Shown: positions 1-11,476 of the stretch, piece by piece
Layout: the number at the start of each line of letters is the position of its first letter
How positions within the stretch are numbered: the first letter of the stretch is position 1
Assembly (NCBI GenBank): GCA_002104905.1
Contig: MCFE01000010.1
Span: 200,165 to 264,164 of the forward strand
Direction of reading: 5' to 3'
DNA length: 64,000 nt
Source: Basidiobolus meristosporus CBS 931.73
Lineage: Eukaryota > Fungi > Basidiobolomycota
Notes under the pieces: generated by a model
The model's database searches: none
Told to the model about the DNA's origin: nothing
Seen by the model: only the letters and a program-made list of their open reading frames with translations
Position numbers and translations under genes: made by a program

Positions 1-1541
1 TGAGATGTAACGTATCATGATGGTAAACACTGAGGGCTACGTTGGGGAAAGGGCCGTCGAATGAAAAGCGAGAGTGATGTTTATACTAGGGTTAGGGTTG
101 AGTGACTGACCGAGCAGGAATGCTTTTGGGTTAGGGTTAATTACTTACATACAGAAGATCCCTGCTAAGGTGATGTAAAAAGGTAGTTAGAATACTCGGG
201 CTGATACACCATGCGAAAGCTCAAGTGTTCGAAGCGTCAACAGCCAAGAAAAGAAGAAACTTGTGGGAATAGAGGCAAGCGAAGAGAAATCAGGAAACCA
301 CGGAAGTGAGGAAGGGTAGGAGGACGAATAGGTCTGAGACCGCAATGCAGGTAGGAAATTTAAATACTATTCTATTGTTTACAGGACATCTAATAACAGA
401 GTACGAATCTCTGACGTTTGTTGTGTAAACAACATAACCAAGTCACTTTCTCGTGTTTTTGACGCGTTTATTGAGGGAAGCTAGATCTTTGTGCCCTTAT
501 GAAAACAATCAACAAAGTAATTCGTAGAAATGGATTAAATTAAACCCAAATCCTAATATGAATAGGGAATTTCCGTTTAGTGTGTATACAAATCGGCGGA
601 TTTTAATTGGTGGGGTCGAGTCAGGTTCGGCCAGACGAACATGGAATTACCTCTGGAGAGGGTGCAATATAACAATCCATGGATTAATCCGGACAAGGAT
701 GTACGAGCATCACACCCAATATGTTGAGGTTCTTCACCGCTAGCGTGCGGGGAGTCGATTGAAGTGTGAAGGATGATGCGCATCAAAGAGGATTTGTGTA
801 TCAGTGCTACACCAAAAGTAACCTCAGTTATATTAAAGGCACTCGTATTTAGAATGAATTCACATCATAACAACGACATTCAGGGTAATGACGGACTTCG
901 AAAAAATCTAAACTCCGGAGAGTTATATTAGATTGTCGGAAAATCCTGTTGATTGGCTGGTATCTTCGCAACTGCCGCTACTGTTTGAGCAGTGAGCACC
1001 TGCATGAAACATGTGAATATCTGGGGATCGAGCACCCAGTAACAAATTTAGCACATGAAAAGCTACGGCTTGAGCAGAAATGTGAACTCGGCTTCCAGGG
1101 TTTGGGTTCGCATATCGTTGCCTTAACTTCATTGTGCTCACCTGATGCCAAATTGATGGGGTCATTCCTTATATTATCATTAATGTGATGCTGCAATGGG
1201 GGCGGGCGTAGAGGTCCAAGCCTGTACAATGGATCAATCGATCATTCATTTTCATTTTTAAAATCGCCCATAATATTCAGTGAACTTGATTGGGAAATCA
1301 TTTTTTATTGACACGTATACGTATAAATAATGCTATTTCGAGCAGAGCACAGGTCGCGGTCTAATGTAAAATTACATTGTAACGGAAGTTACAAAATTGA
1401 GGAGGTGTATTTACAGAATTTACGAAAGAGAGTCGTTCGTAAGCGTGAAGGCAAAAATCAATTTGCCAGACGGATGGAGTGTACAATTACACATTCGGTT
1501 CGGTATGATACAAGGGCGGGGTGTCAATCGATGAAATCCCA

Positions 1542-2717
1542 TCAATAGTCATTGAGCTCAGAACAAGCCTCAAGGTTGAGGAATTCATTCATATCGAGGG
1601 ACAGCTCCACTGGTGTATCTTCGAAGCTTACAATTCCGTCGGAAAGAGGATCCTCAGCTTCCTCAGGACCGTATCCTAACATGACATCATTTTTCAGGAC
1701 AGCAGGTATATCTGTGTCGGATGGTATTTCAAAATCCAACTGCTCGCTGGGAATCATATTCATGGACTGCTGAACTATTTCGCTCAGAGCATGGAGTTCA
1801 TCAAGTGTAGGGTCCTCGGGAAGCTTGAGGTAATCCTTCGCTAATCTGTATACTGTGTAATCAACCATGAAGTTGTGCGCACTCATGTACTTCGTTGCCA
1901 CTGGACAAGCTGGTAGGATGGGTGCCATGGAGGAGAGTCTTGATGGTGTGGGAGTCACCTGGCCGGTGGCGAATTTGGTGATCTGCTCCGACAGAGCATT
2001 CAAGTCAAAATTCTCAAAGTTGGGTAGCAACGAGCGAGTCTTGGCTGGGCTAGGGACACCTCCAACTGACTTGATTCTAGTAGGGACACCAGCAAGGTTG
2101 GGCTGGCAGTTCTCCTCAGGCTTGATATATGGCTGAGCTCTAACTCGGGCACGGCTCTTGTTCTTCTTGTAGCGAGAGCTTGATTTGTCGCTGGTTTTCT
2201 TCATCTCGTACCCTTTTGGGATGGACAGCTCATTGTTCAGATAGAATTTTTGGTACTCGGGAACGATGGTCCAGTAATTTCCCTTTCCTGGGGTACCCTT
2301 TTGACGGGGAACCTTTTGAAAGGCTTTGTGGAGAGAGAGATTGTGCCTGATGCTGTTTTGCCATTGTTTGGTAGCAAACTGGTAATAGCGGTAGTTCTCG
2401 GTGATGAAAGCATAAATATCTTGCAGTAACATTTTTTGGTCTGGGGTGGACATGATGGACTGGGCGATCAATGAGGCGTAGGTGTACCTAGGTTCAACCA
2501 GACGCTCACCATTAGGTAATACGATGACATCAGGCGCATTAGACTCGGATTCGGTGGATTCATCAGAACTGTTGAATGCTTCGTCATTTTGCAGCGTCGG
2601 GGTGGCAGGACCAGATGAGCTGACAGAGGAAATCTCAGAGTCAAACCCAGAAAACAAGGAGGAGCTGAGTTGAGCCATAACGTCGTCTGTGATATTAAGC
2701 AAGCTGTGACAGGACAT
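1542..2717 (-). CDS. Forkhead (winged-helix) transcription factor, no FHA domain seen
   Basis: 391-aa ORF containing PRYTYASLIAQSI...LLQDIYAFI...WQNSIRHNLSLHKAFQKVPR...GKGNYWTI, the canonical forkhead signature; Ser-rich N-terminus and acidic C-terminus. Confidence 0.92.
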   Translation of the reverse strand: MSCHSLLNITDDVMAQLSSSLFSGFDSEISSVSSSGPATPTLQNDEAFNSSDESTESESNAPDVIVLPNGERLVEPRYTYASLIAQSIMSTPDQKMLLQDIYAFITENYRYYQFATKQWQNSIRHNLSLHKAFQKVPRQKGTPGKGNYWTIVPEYQKFYLNNELSIPKGYEMKKTSDKSSSRYKKNKSRARVRAQPYIKPEENCQPNLAGVPTRIKSVGGVPSPAKTRSLLPNFENFDLNALSEQITKFATGQVTPTPSRLSSMAPILPACPVATKYMSAHNFMVDYTVYRLAKDYLKLPEDPTLDELHALSEIVQQSMNMIPSEQLDFEIPSDTDIPAVLKNDVMLGYGPEEAEDPLSDGIVSFEDTPVELSLDMNEFLNLEACSELNDY

Positions 2718-4249
2718 TGCTCAAGGAAATGATTCTAAGCTGGCAAATAGATAACAATGGTCACAAGGCGGGAAGGAGAAATCAATATAAACAAGACAGT
2801 TGCTTTGTGATGAGAAATTCGAAGGGATGATGGAGGCCTTATAAGCGATTTCAGTGGATGGCCTCAAGGACAGAAAAAGCTCATCATCCATTATCGGCCA
2901 GTGAGGCTTGAGTACTGATCAAGCCAAAAATTAGCACGCTGCTCCCCTGTTACTTGGTAATTTTTTATCCCAGTAGCGCATCTGACTCGCATTCCACTCG
3001 GTTCCAGGTTTCCAGGGTGATCCAATCTTGGATTCAGCCAATCCGTTGCTGTCTGCAAATTCATTGAATTTTGCGAAAAGGATTGAGAAGATCATCGGTG
3101 CTGCCCGTTGATTCGCCAGGATTATCTGTTGAACTAAGGTTTAAGGTGATATATTTACCGCCTCACATTCTTAAAAATAAGAACTAGAAGAATGCTGAGC
3201 TATTGTCGACAAAATAGGCAAGTGAACCCTGTTGGGTGTTGGGTGATTCAACGCAGATCAATCCCAGCACTAGTGAAACGAAATCGTAATATACCCTCGA
3301 TTTTAATAACGGGCGACTCTATATATGGTATCCGGAACACCCAATTCGAAGGTTCCACCACTTGGCGAATTTTACCTTGCGGTATCTTCCCCGGGTTTCG
3401 ACAGCATTGATACTCGGTGATTTATCGGCATGTGGCATTTCTACCGTCGATGTCTTACTTCCTCACCACCGTTGAAATCCGCCAGTCAATGCTGCCGGAA
3501 GTATGGTAATGATTGACGATCCAGAGCAAGCATTGATTTGTTGGCTTGATAAAGTCACCAACTAGACGATTTGCACAATGTTCCCACTCAGCGTTTTGTT
3601 GTCAATCATGCAGTGCCTATAAATATTAGCTGAAGCTGCTCTAATGCTATTTGGCATTCGCTTACATGACGACCAGTCAATGCTATGAGCAAGGTAGGAT
3701 CACTATATGCCTTTTATTGGTGAAGATTTTCCCGCGAATAACGATCCGTCCCAATTGTAAATGGGTGCCCAAGTGTTGTAATAATGTGGCATATTTAACG
3801 CTCCTGACTTGAGTCAGTGTTAAAGTAGGTAGCACCACTACTACTGCCAACCTCCAAGTTGATAACGCGCTTGCATACCTTATCTAACGATGTTACTTGT
3901 ATCTTGATTACCAACTGTTTAGCGGATATTCCGCACATACTATCAGAATTCCTGAAAAGCGTTGATATTGCACTTTCAGCAATGTGTTGTTCCTAAATAT
4001 GTAGCAGTGGACCAGTGGGCTATCAATAGGTACACTTCAGTATGGCTTGTCATATGATAACCATTTGGCTTATCCTTGTCTTGCCAAATTAAGAATAATG
4101 GATACTAAGTGGGGACTTGAGCATCTGCATTATTTATGAATAACAGTGATATATAAAGACTGCAGCAGATCCGTAGCAGACACTGTATACATGATTGGAA
4201 GCAAGCTGAAGAACTTTGGTGTACCTGACCAGACTACTCACTAAAAGTG

Positions 4250-6800
4250 ATGTGTGCATGATCTCAGTATATCATTGTACAAATAGCAACAAAAAAATTT
4301 ACAACATCAAAAGCATGTGTATACAGCTTGGAGCTTATTGGTAAACATCAAGAATTGTTGATCTACTAGTACTTAGCATTCTGGTGCTCTATATCTTGGA
4401 CATGTTGTAGTAAAGCTTGTAAGATGGAATCTAGATAGTCCACTATGCTTACATATTTATAGACTTCAGAAAGTGGTGCATAAAGCTTGGGGACTTTTGA
4501 ACATGTTTGGCAATACTGACTACTTACAGACTTTGGCTAATTCTAGGAACTAGCTATCATCCTACAAGCTTGATCTTAAGTAATTGGTAACTTAGAATCA
4601 AGCTTACTAGAATCTTAAGGTTTATGATGGCTTATGCATAATTAGAATATGCTCTCTAACTCTCAATACTCTGTACAAATTTTTAGTACCAAAAGCATGT
4701 ATATAATGCTTATGATGCTTAGTTAAGATGAAGAACCTTGATACTACAGGTACTTGACATCATGGTCAGAATACCCTAGTAAAGTCTAGCAAAATAATTT
4801 AGGGGTCAGAACAGGCATGGATAATTTTCATCATTATTAATCCAAGTAACCAAACTTATATATGGATTTTGATACAAACTCAAATTTATCTGCTTTGAAT
4901 ACCCTGCACAAAGTAGTAAGATAATGCAATACTTGAAAGCATTGTGAGTTTATGTATACACCTGGAAATTCACACAACTTTGCTACTAAATTCCCAGTGT
5001 ACAACTCTTAGAGTATACTGCCCAATTTCCTTGTTGAGATTTACCTGCAATATCTCACTGAAGTACCAGGTACCCATAATATACCTGCTCTCTCAATAAC
5101 TTCCCATATTTTCAAAAACTCTCACAGTATACTGCAGTTCATGGTCAGATATGTTGCAAAGATTTGTAATTCCAACTAAATACTCACCTAGCTTGGTCAC
5201 TTAGATCATTACCTACAAATCTTAGAGAATCCAGGCCAAATTCCTTGTCAGGGTTACTTGGAAAATTTTTACCAAAATGTCAGATACCAAAAACATGAAA
5301 TTATAATAAGCTGTTAAAGATGCCCAAACCTTGCACACATGTTCTTGGGACCTTTCTAGCTCTATTCTCTTTGTTTTTTTTGCCACAACCATGTAAAATT
5401 AGAAATCCTACTGTTACATTGCATAAGTTGTCAAGCAAATATCACATAATCTACTTATTCTCCCAATTGCTTCCAATATCTCCAAAACTCCTAGAGCAAG
5501 AAAAAGTTACCTAAGGACTAGTACTGTTCCATTATAATGCCAGCAAAAGCTGTAAGTATAAGTAAACATATGTCCTAAATGATGTTGCATCAGAGTGATC
5601 CCCATGCTAAGTATGCAGTCTGTCAGCTCACCAACTGCAGAGATATTTACACTTAAGAATTATACTAAAGTTGTCAGCAGAATACTAGTGCAATACTAAC
5701 AGAGTATCATATCCCTAAGGGAAAAAATTAACTAGAGGCTGGCCAAATACTGCCCTAATACAGCCAAGTTCCAAGTTTCTACAAGCTACAACTCTCCATA
5801 ACTCAGGTACTAGCTATTTTGTAGACAAGCACACAAATTTTCTGCAAGGGGAATAGACTAACTAGTATTTACATCAAATTTGGTAATCAGCAGCTCTCTA
5901 CTTACACAAACATTTAAAATTAAAAACTTGAGAGAAAAACACCTGCTGAATGCCAGCAAAATAGCATATGAATACCAGCCAAATACTGGCAGATTGTCTT
6001 ATAGATTCCAAGTTTGAGATTTTTCACAGAATACAAATTCAAGACTACTCTTTTTCATGAGAACTGAATATCACACAGGTCATCTAGTTTTCTGAATCCC
6101 TCCCAATGTTTTGCAAAGTCTTGCAACAACTGAATATTCTCTATTGCTTCAGCAATTGCCCAAAGTTCAGAAGATGTCAAGTGAGGTCAAAAAATTATAA
6201 CGTACTAGACATTGGAAGTGCTCTGGAGATACTAGAAGTGATTGGAAGAGCAACTAGATTTTGTGGTTTTCACTTATGATTTATAGAAAGTAAAAGTGGT
6301 ATTTATACTGTTACATAGTCTTGGCAGAGAAAACACGCAAAATATGCTTAGAAAGGTACTAAGAGCAAGGGTGCAAAGTTTGGGGCTGTTTGGACCACTT
6401 AACAAAATTTCATGTTCTGGGTACCTGATATTTTGGTGAAAATATTCCAAGTAAATCCCCACAAGAAATTTGCTCAGAATTCTCCAAGATTTGTAGGTAA
6501 TGATCTAAGTGACTAAGTTAGGTGAATATTCAGGTGTAATTACGAAATTTACAACACTAAAGTGGATGTAATTAGGGGATTAAGCTGATTGACAACCACA
6601 TAGTAGTATACCAAAGCTTATAAGATGCCTAAAAATTTCTGTGAACGCAGTCCAATTATCTATATATAATGTATTCAACAGCCATTGGACTTGTCTGAAA
6701 AACTGCGCCATTGTTTCTATTATCTTTGCAAAAATGCTCCAATTGCTATGATTTAAGCACAATGTAGCAGCAGAAGCAGTATTTAGAAATAAACTAACAA
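4250..6800. repeat. Degenerate AT-rich, CpG-poor repeat island containing a ~310-bp inverted repeat (5176-5487 / 6221-6533)
   Basis: 5176-5305 (ctaaatactcacctagcttggtcacttagatcattacctacaaatc...) matches the reverse complement of 6400-6533. 5790-6060 matches the reverse complement of 41950-42230. 6221-6400 matches the 213-bp unit at 53734-54150. No credible ORF. Confidence 0.75.
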
Positions 6801-7613
6801 CCGTTTATTAATATAAATGATAATGATTTGAGCCTCTTCGAGCCAAGGAAATGCCATATGCTAGAGCACTTTCAAGTACGTCCAAGAAGCTCCGTAAATT
6901 TTCAGCTGTTTGCTCTGTACCATTAGTTGGTCCCTGCAAACTCATTTCAATCCCTACTATATGTCATGGGGAAGCAACGAGAGTTGCTGCTATATCCCAC
7001 ACAATATGCAGTGTCCAACAAAACATGACACTGTCATTGTCATTGTCATCAAGCAATCTCAAATATTCAGTAGCTTGGTACCAACATTGGGCCATACTGC
7101 TCGACAATAACAGGAAATGGCTCCTTTCAAGTTCTACCATCTCTAGAGCCAATGTCACACAACCTGGCAAATATTTCGCTATTTTCAAACCTTCAAATAC
7201 TCAAGCCATCATTAAAAGAAACAGTCTTATTCCCACTTCGGATGATTAGGCTTCTAATCTTCGCCAAAGAAAGAGTATACACCCAAGTGATGCCATATTT
7301 GAAACAGTAAATAAGGTGGTAAACAAGCCGGTATTCAGTACCAGCAAATGGCCATGGAGTAAGCTGCTTGCTGGGAATGGTTGGGGCCGGATGTAGATTT
7401 TCCGCCTTCGGCTGGAGGCCATTCATCTGCTGTAGTCCATCTCAGCACCTGGTTTTGCTCGGTTGAGAATATAGACAGCCGTATCAGTCCTGGATACGCT
7501 GGTATCAATCAACAGAATCCAACGAGGATCGGGGTTTGCTGGTTTGCCCTAACACCACCACTTCTGCCAATCATCTCGTACAACACGCAATTCCGCACCA
7601 GGGAATTTCCATA

Positions 7614-8180
7614 TCAAGTAGTGATCGCTTCTGAATCACCAGACATCACTGACTGTACACTTATTACCAGATCCAATCCAAACTCAACCAGAGGCTGTTG
7701 ATGTCGGTGAAGACCAATGCGGATATCTTCGCCAGGATGGAGAGCCCAACTGGCCTTCCCCAATTCAAGCAATGATTCATCAGGGGTCCATCGCCACCAA
7801 AGTGGAAGTACGTTCCGGAAATAGACCTCGCTGCAGTCATCTGGAGGGGACCCAGAGTGCAGAGTCAGCCGCTCTCCACTCCATACCCAGTGATGGATTA
7901 CGGGCGGACCGATCGAGGCTTTCCGCCCGAAAAGCTTGGACATCGGCCCCGGTGCTTTCATCGCTGAATAAGCGATTATATCCTGTAACCCCATCCAGGC
8001 TGAGAATGCGCATGAATTCATCTCGGCGGGGTATGTAGTTTGCTGACGGATGAAGTGTCTATAAGTAGCAGCAGCTACGGCAGCCATGGCAATGGAAAAG
8101 TACTCGTGTAACTCCAAAGACGACGTATAGCATTCTGAAGCCTTTGGCCCACACCTGGATCCATGTTTACTCGGCTCCAT
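7614..8180 (-). CDS. Hypothetical protein (possibly part of a spliced gene)
   Basis: 188-aa ATG-started ORF in GC-richer, gene-like sequence; no recognisable motif. Confidence 0.3.
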   Translation of the reverse strand: MEPSKHGSRCGPKASECYTSSLELHEYFSIAMAAVAAATYRHFIRQQTTYPAEMNSCAFSAWMGLQDIIAYSAMKAPGPMSKLFGRKASIGPPVIHHWVWSGERLTLHSGSPPDDCSEVYFRNVLPLWWRWTPDESLLELGKASWALHPGEDIRIGLHRHQQPLVEFGLDLVISVQSVMSGDSEAITT

Positions 8181-8495
8181 GCTTTACCGTTGTGTTATGA
8201 GCACTCTCAAGTGGGAAAAAGCCGAGGGAGCAACCTAATTTGTACCATCGACGTCCATCAAACAGACCGTATTTGTTTGATATTCATTGTTAATTATGTT
8301 CGATGAGAAGGACCACTGCCCAACCTCATCCAGTGTCTCTATGGAGTAATTACATATTTTGTTTTCTGGATCGTACATTGGACATAAAAAAATCAAGTCG
8401 ATGGAAACGGTTTTTACAACGATATGGAGTATGAGTGGTTTGTTTACAGGAGCTATGCGCTTGGCTCGATTCGTTCCTCGGCGGATTCTCAAGAA

Positions 8496-9878
8496 TCACA
8501 CGAGTGTAGAGACTTGCAAACCCAACGAGCTGTGCCGGTATGGCGTACTGGTCGGTGAGGGGGCTTTCTCGCTGAATATCTCACTTTGAGTGGCCTTAGG
8601 ACCGGTGTCTGGAATCCCCATAGCATGCCGTAGCCGGGTCTTCATCCGACGAAGCTTCTCACAAAATTTGTCGGCCGCTTGGTGCATGCTGCGGCGACGC
8701 TTGACATGGATCTCGGGTTTGGTGGGAGGGGAGATCGTGCTTGAGGCTATAGTGGTGGCCATGTCAGAGTCGGAGTGGTTGGATGATTTAGATTTGGAGG
8801 TTAAGAATGTCGAATCAGGCAAGTGATTCTGATCCACTGTTGTTATGAGCTCCTGCGTCTCCTCTGGCAGCTTGGATGGTTCACATGGCTCATGTGTTAT
8901 CGATTGTTTGAGATTGTTGACTGGCTTTTCAGTCAACACACTGTGAGCAGAGGCAGGTGATCCAGAATTAACAGATGCGCTTCTTGAGAGTCTCGAGAGA
9001 ATGGAGGTAGATGATATACTTCTGTGCTTTGGGCCAGCTAGAGTGTTTCCTCCATTCTTGCTGTTCAGAAGAAAGGAGGAGATGATGGAAACTCTTGCCT
9101 TGGAATGGCCAGGAGACTTTGTGCTCAATCTCAGGATACTTGAGCGCAAGCTGGAGAGCAGCGGAGAGCGTGCAAGTGGCTTAGGCTCGATCATAGAGTT
9201 AAGGGTTGAGACCAATTTATACTCGATGGTCGGCATGGACCCCAGGGTGTTACTCAAGTTTCGCAAAGACAAAGGCATCGCGTTCGTGGCAACTGAAAGA
9301 AAAGTTAGCGGTTGGAGGTCTGACCCATGCAAACAAAACATACCGAATTTTACTACGTTTTTAGGGACCCAGCCTCTGGGATCACCATCGACCACAAATA
9401 CCATCCGACATTTACTGTCGTCTTCCGGTTCGGCAAACACACACATCCCTAGGAAGCCAACATTCATACGAAGCACACCCTTGTTCATGGGACACAGGGT
9501 ATGCTCCATGCTCTTTCCGACCATGACATATTTGCCGTCCTCCAGTTTCTTCATGGTGGAGAAAAGAAGAATGTCTCTAGCCGATATCGGCCAGATGGGC
9601 TTGGTCCTGACGTACTGGAAACGAGTGACTGGGTCTACTACCTCGACGATTTCCGCCGCGTCGATTAAATCCTCCCACTGCTTCCACCTTTCCACATCCA
9701 ACATGTACTCGAAGGCCAGTTCCGGTTTACAAGCAAGGCGGGCAATGATTTTGTACCCATAACTGACCTTGGGGTCCTGGAAGATGTGAATATAAGGCTC
9801 TTCAGTACGGTGTAACACCTTCGAGAATCGATCACTTTCTAGGGAGCTATCCAAGGAGTCGACAAACTGGGAGAGCAT
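8496..9878 (-). CDS. START (StAR-related lipid transfer) domain protein with long Ser-rich C-terminal tail
   Basis: RWKQWEDLI...YVRTKPIWPISARD...KYVMVGKSMEH...DPRGWVPKNVV are START-domain motifs. In-frame 51-nt intron at about 9293-9343 (GTATGT...GCTAAC...CAG). 5' end uncertain. Confidence 0.8.
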   Translation of the reverse strand: MLSQFVDSLDSSLESDRFSKVLHRTEEPYIHIFQDPKVSYGYKIIARLACKPELAFEYMLDVERWKQWEDLIDAAEIVEVVDPVTRFQYVRTKPIWPISARDILLFSTMKKLEDGKYVMVGKSMEHTLCPMNKGVLRMNVGFLGMCVFAEPEDDSKCRMVFVVDGDPRGWVPKNVVKFGMFCLHGSDLQPLTFLSVATNAMPLSLRNLSNTLGSMPTIEYKLVSTLNSMIEPKPLARSPLLSSLRSSILRLSTKSPGHSKARVSIISSFLLNSKNGGNTLAGPKHRSISSTSILSRLSRSASVNSGSPASAHSVLTEKPVNNLKQSITHEPCEPSKLPEETQELITTVDQNHLPDSTFLTSKSKSSNHSDSDMATTIASSTISPPTKPEIHVKRRRSMHQAADKFCEKLRRMKTRLRHAMGIPDTGPKATQSEIFSEKAPSPTSTPYRHSSLGLQVSTLV

Positions 9879-11476
9879 CCGCTCGCATTCTTTCGAATAT
9901 TGGTGGTTGAAGGCTTGAAGCAGGGATGGAATTCAATTAGCCTGGATTAGTACAAATATACTGCAGTTATAGCTCTACTAACTAGCTTCATTATCACTCT
10001 TCGGCTCCGACATCGGTGTTGGGGCTAGACGAGTAGGCTTGGGTGGAGATTGGGATAGGGACTAGAATGAAGGGGAATCAGCCAGAAGCAGGTTTTAGAA
10101 TAATACAGTCTATGGTTTAAGTTGGAAGTGCTATATTCAAATAGCAGCTATCGACCGCAGTTAGAAATTTTGTGGACAGATTAAATATGATGAGGTTGGT
10201 TATATAGGAGATGATTACAAGTGGCAAATTGGCAGGATAACAAGTGATAAGAGGGTTGTTAAAGGGAATGAGCTCTGAAGCAAAGGAAAATGTACAAAAA
10301 TGAAGGAGTTGCCAATGAGCTATGTGGAGCTGGCGGGGCTTTATAAGCTGAGACGTAGACGTTTTCCCCAACCGGCATTATAGTTGTGAGGTGATGCAAG
10401 TGTTTTCAGGAGAATTCTCGATAACTAACCTGTTTCTCGCCGCAATAGGAAAGAACAATAATATCGAATGGTTTTTATGAGGTGCAGTCAATGTCGTAAT
10501 CGAATTATAATGATATTGAGGTGGAAGGCTGACAATTAGATGGCTATTTCATGATCGATTATGTGATTGTCATCTAAACGTTTCTCAAGGGTAATTATCG
10601 AGATTGGGATTGAGGCGATTGTAAGGAATGCTCTAAATTGGAACATAATTAGACAACCGTAACTCATAGATTGCATCGGTTTTGAATGTAATCACTGCTG
10701 ACCATCCAATCACGTCTCCTGATTCCGTGAGACTCATGAGTGTCCCTGCGCGCCCGTTAATTACATGTTCATGCTCCATTACTAAAATTGCAATGAGTGG
10801 GTGATTGATCTCGTATCTGGCACGCGCATAGGGCCACCAGCAAGGGTATTGAATCCCAATTCTGCCGCGTGGGTCCACCCATTGCAATTCCGTAGAATCG
10901 AGCAATGAGAGATGCGCAGCCAGGCTGGGGACAGCAGTGGTGAATTAGCTCATCAACCATGGCCGTTCGAGAACCCTTCATCACCTGTGCCAATCTCTTG
11001 ATGTAATCCTTGCTCTCGACGAGTATGTGATGTAAAAATATTCCTGTCCAAATGGAAGTGGTTAATAATAGCCATTCCATGTTTACGACTCAAATCACAT
11101 ACTGTACTCCAACAGTAACTAATATCCCTATAAGCCCGGCAAGTACCGTTGTTGTCCTACTTTATCATCGCAATGGGAGCCAATAAATCTGTCCGACCCG
11201 TAGCTACCATTGGTAGCTGTTGTCTTGGAGGTTAGGGCAGAGTTGGTCCTAAAGATACTCTCCATCATATTTGGTTGGCTCTGGAGTCATGATTGATTTT
11301 CTATTTGATGTCTATTTTTACAGGCGCCAGACACCTTGGCTCTAATATAAATAAGCACATATGGAACGCCAAGTCTTTAAACTCTCCGAATCCATATAGT
11401 GTAGGCCTCCATCTTGCCAGAGAATAGTTAGTTGCATCGTGGATCTTACTCTAACTACTTTAAGATACTGAGTAGG

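Noticed and set aside
86-152. Two interstitial telomere-like motifs (TAGGGTTAGGGTT 87-99, GGGTTAGGGTTA 128-139)
   Set aside because: On the minus strand they lie in a 67-nt GTATGT...CTAAC..CTAG segment that looks like a normal intron, where CTAAC is the branch point. No retro-tail nearby. The gene itself runs off the window and is too weak to call.
9001-9762. 253-aa plus-strand ORF and similar shadow ORFs (19146-19592, 27958-28530, 55186-55680, 61628-62122)
   Set aside because: Antisense or alternate-frame shadows of well-supported genes or the LINE; no motifs.
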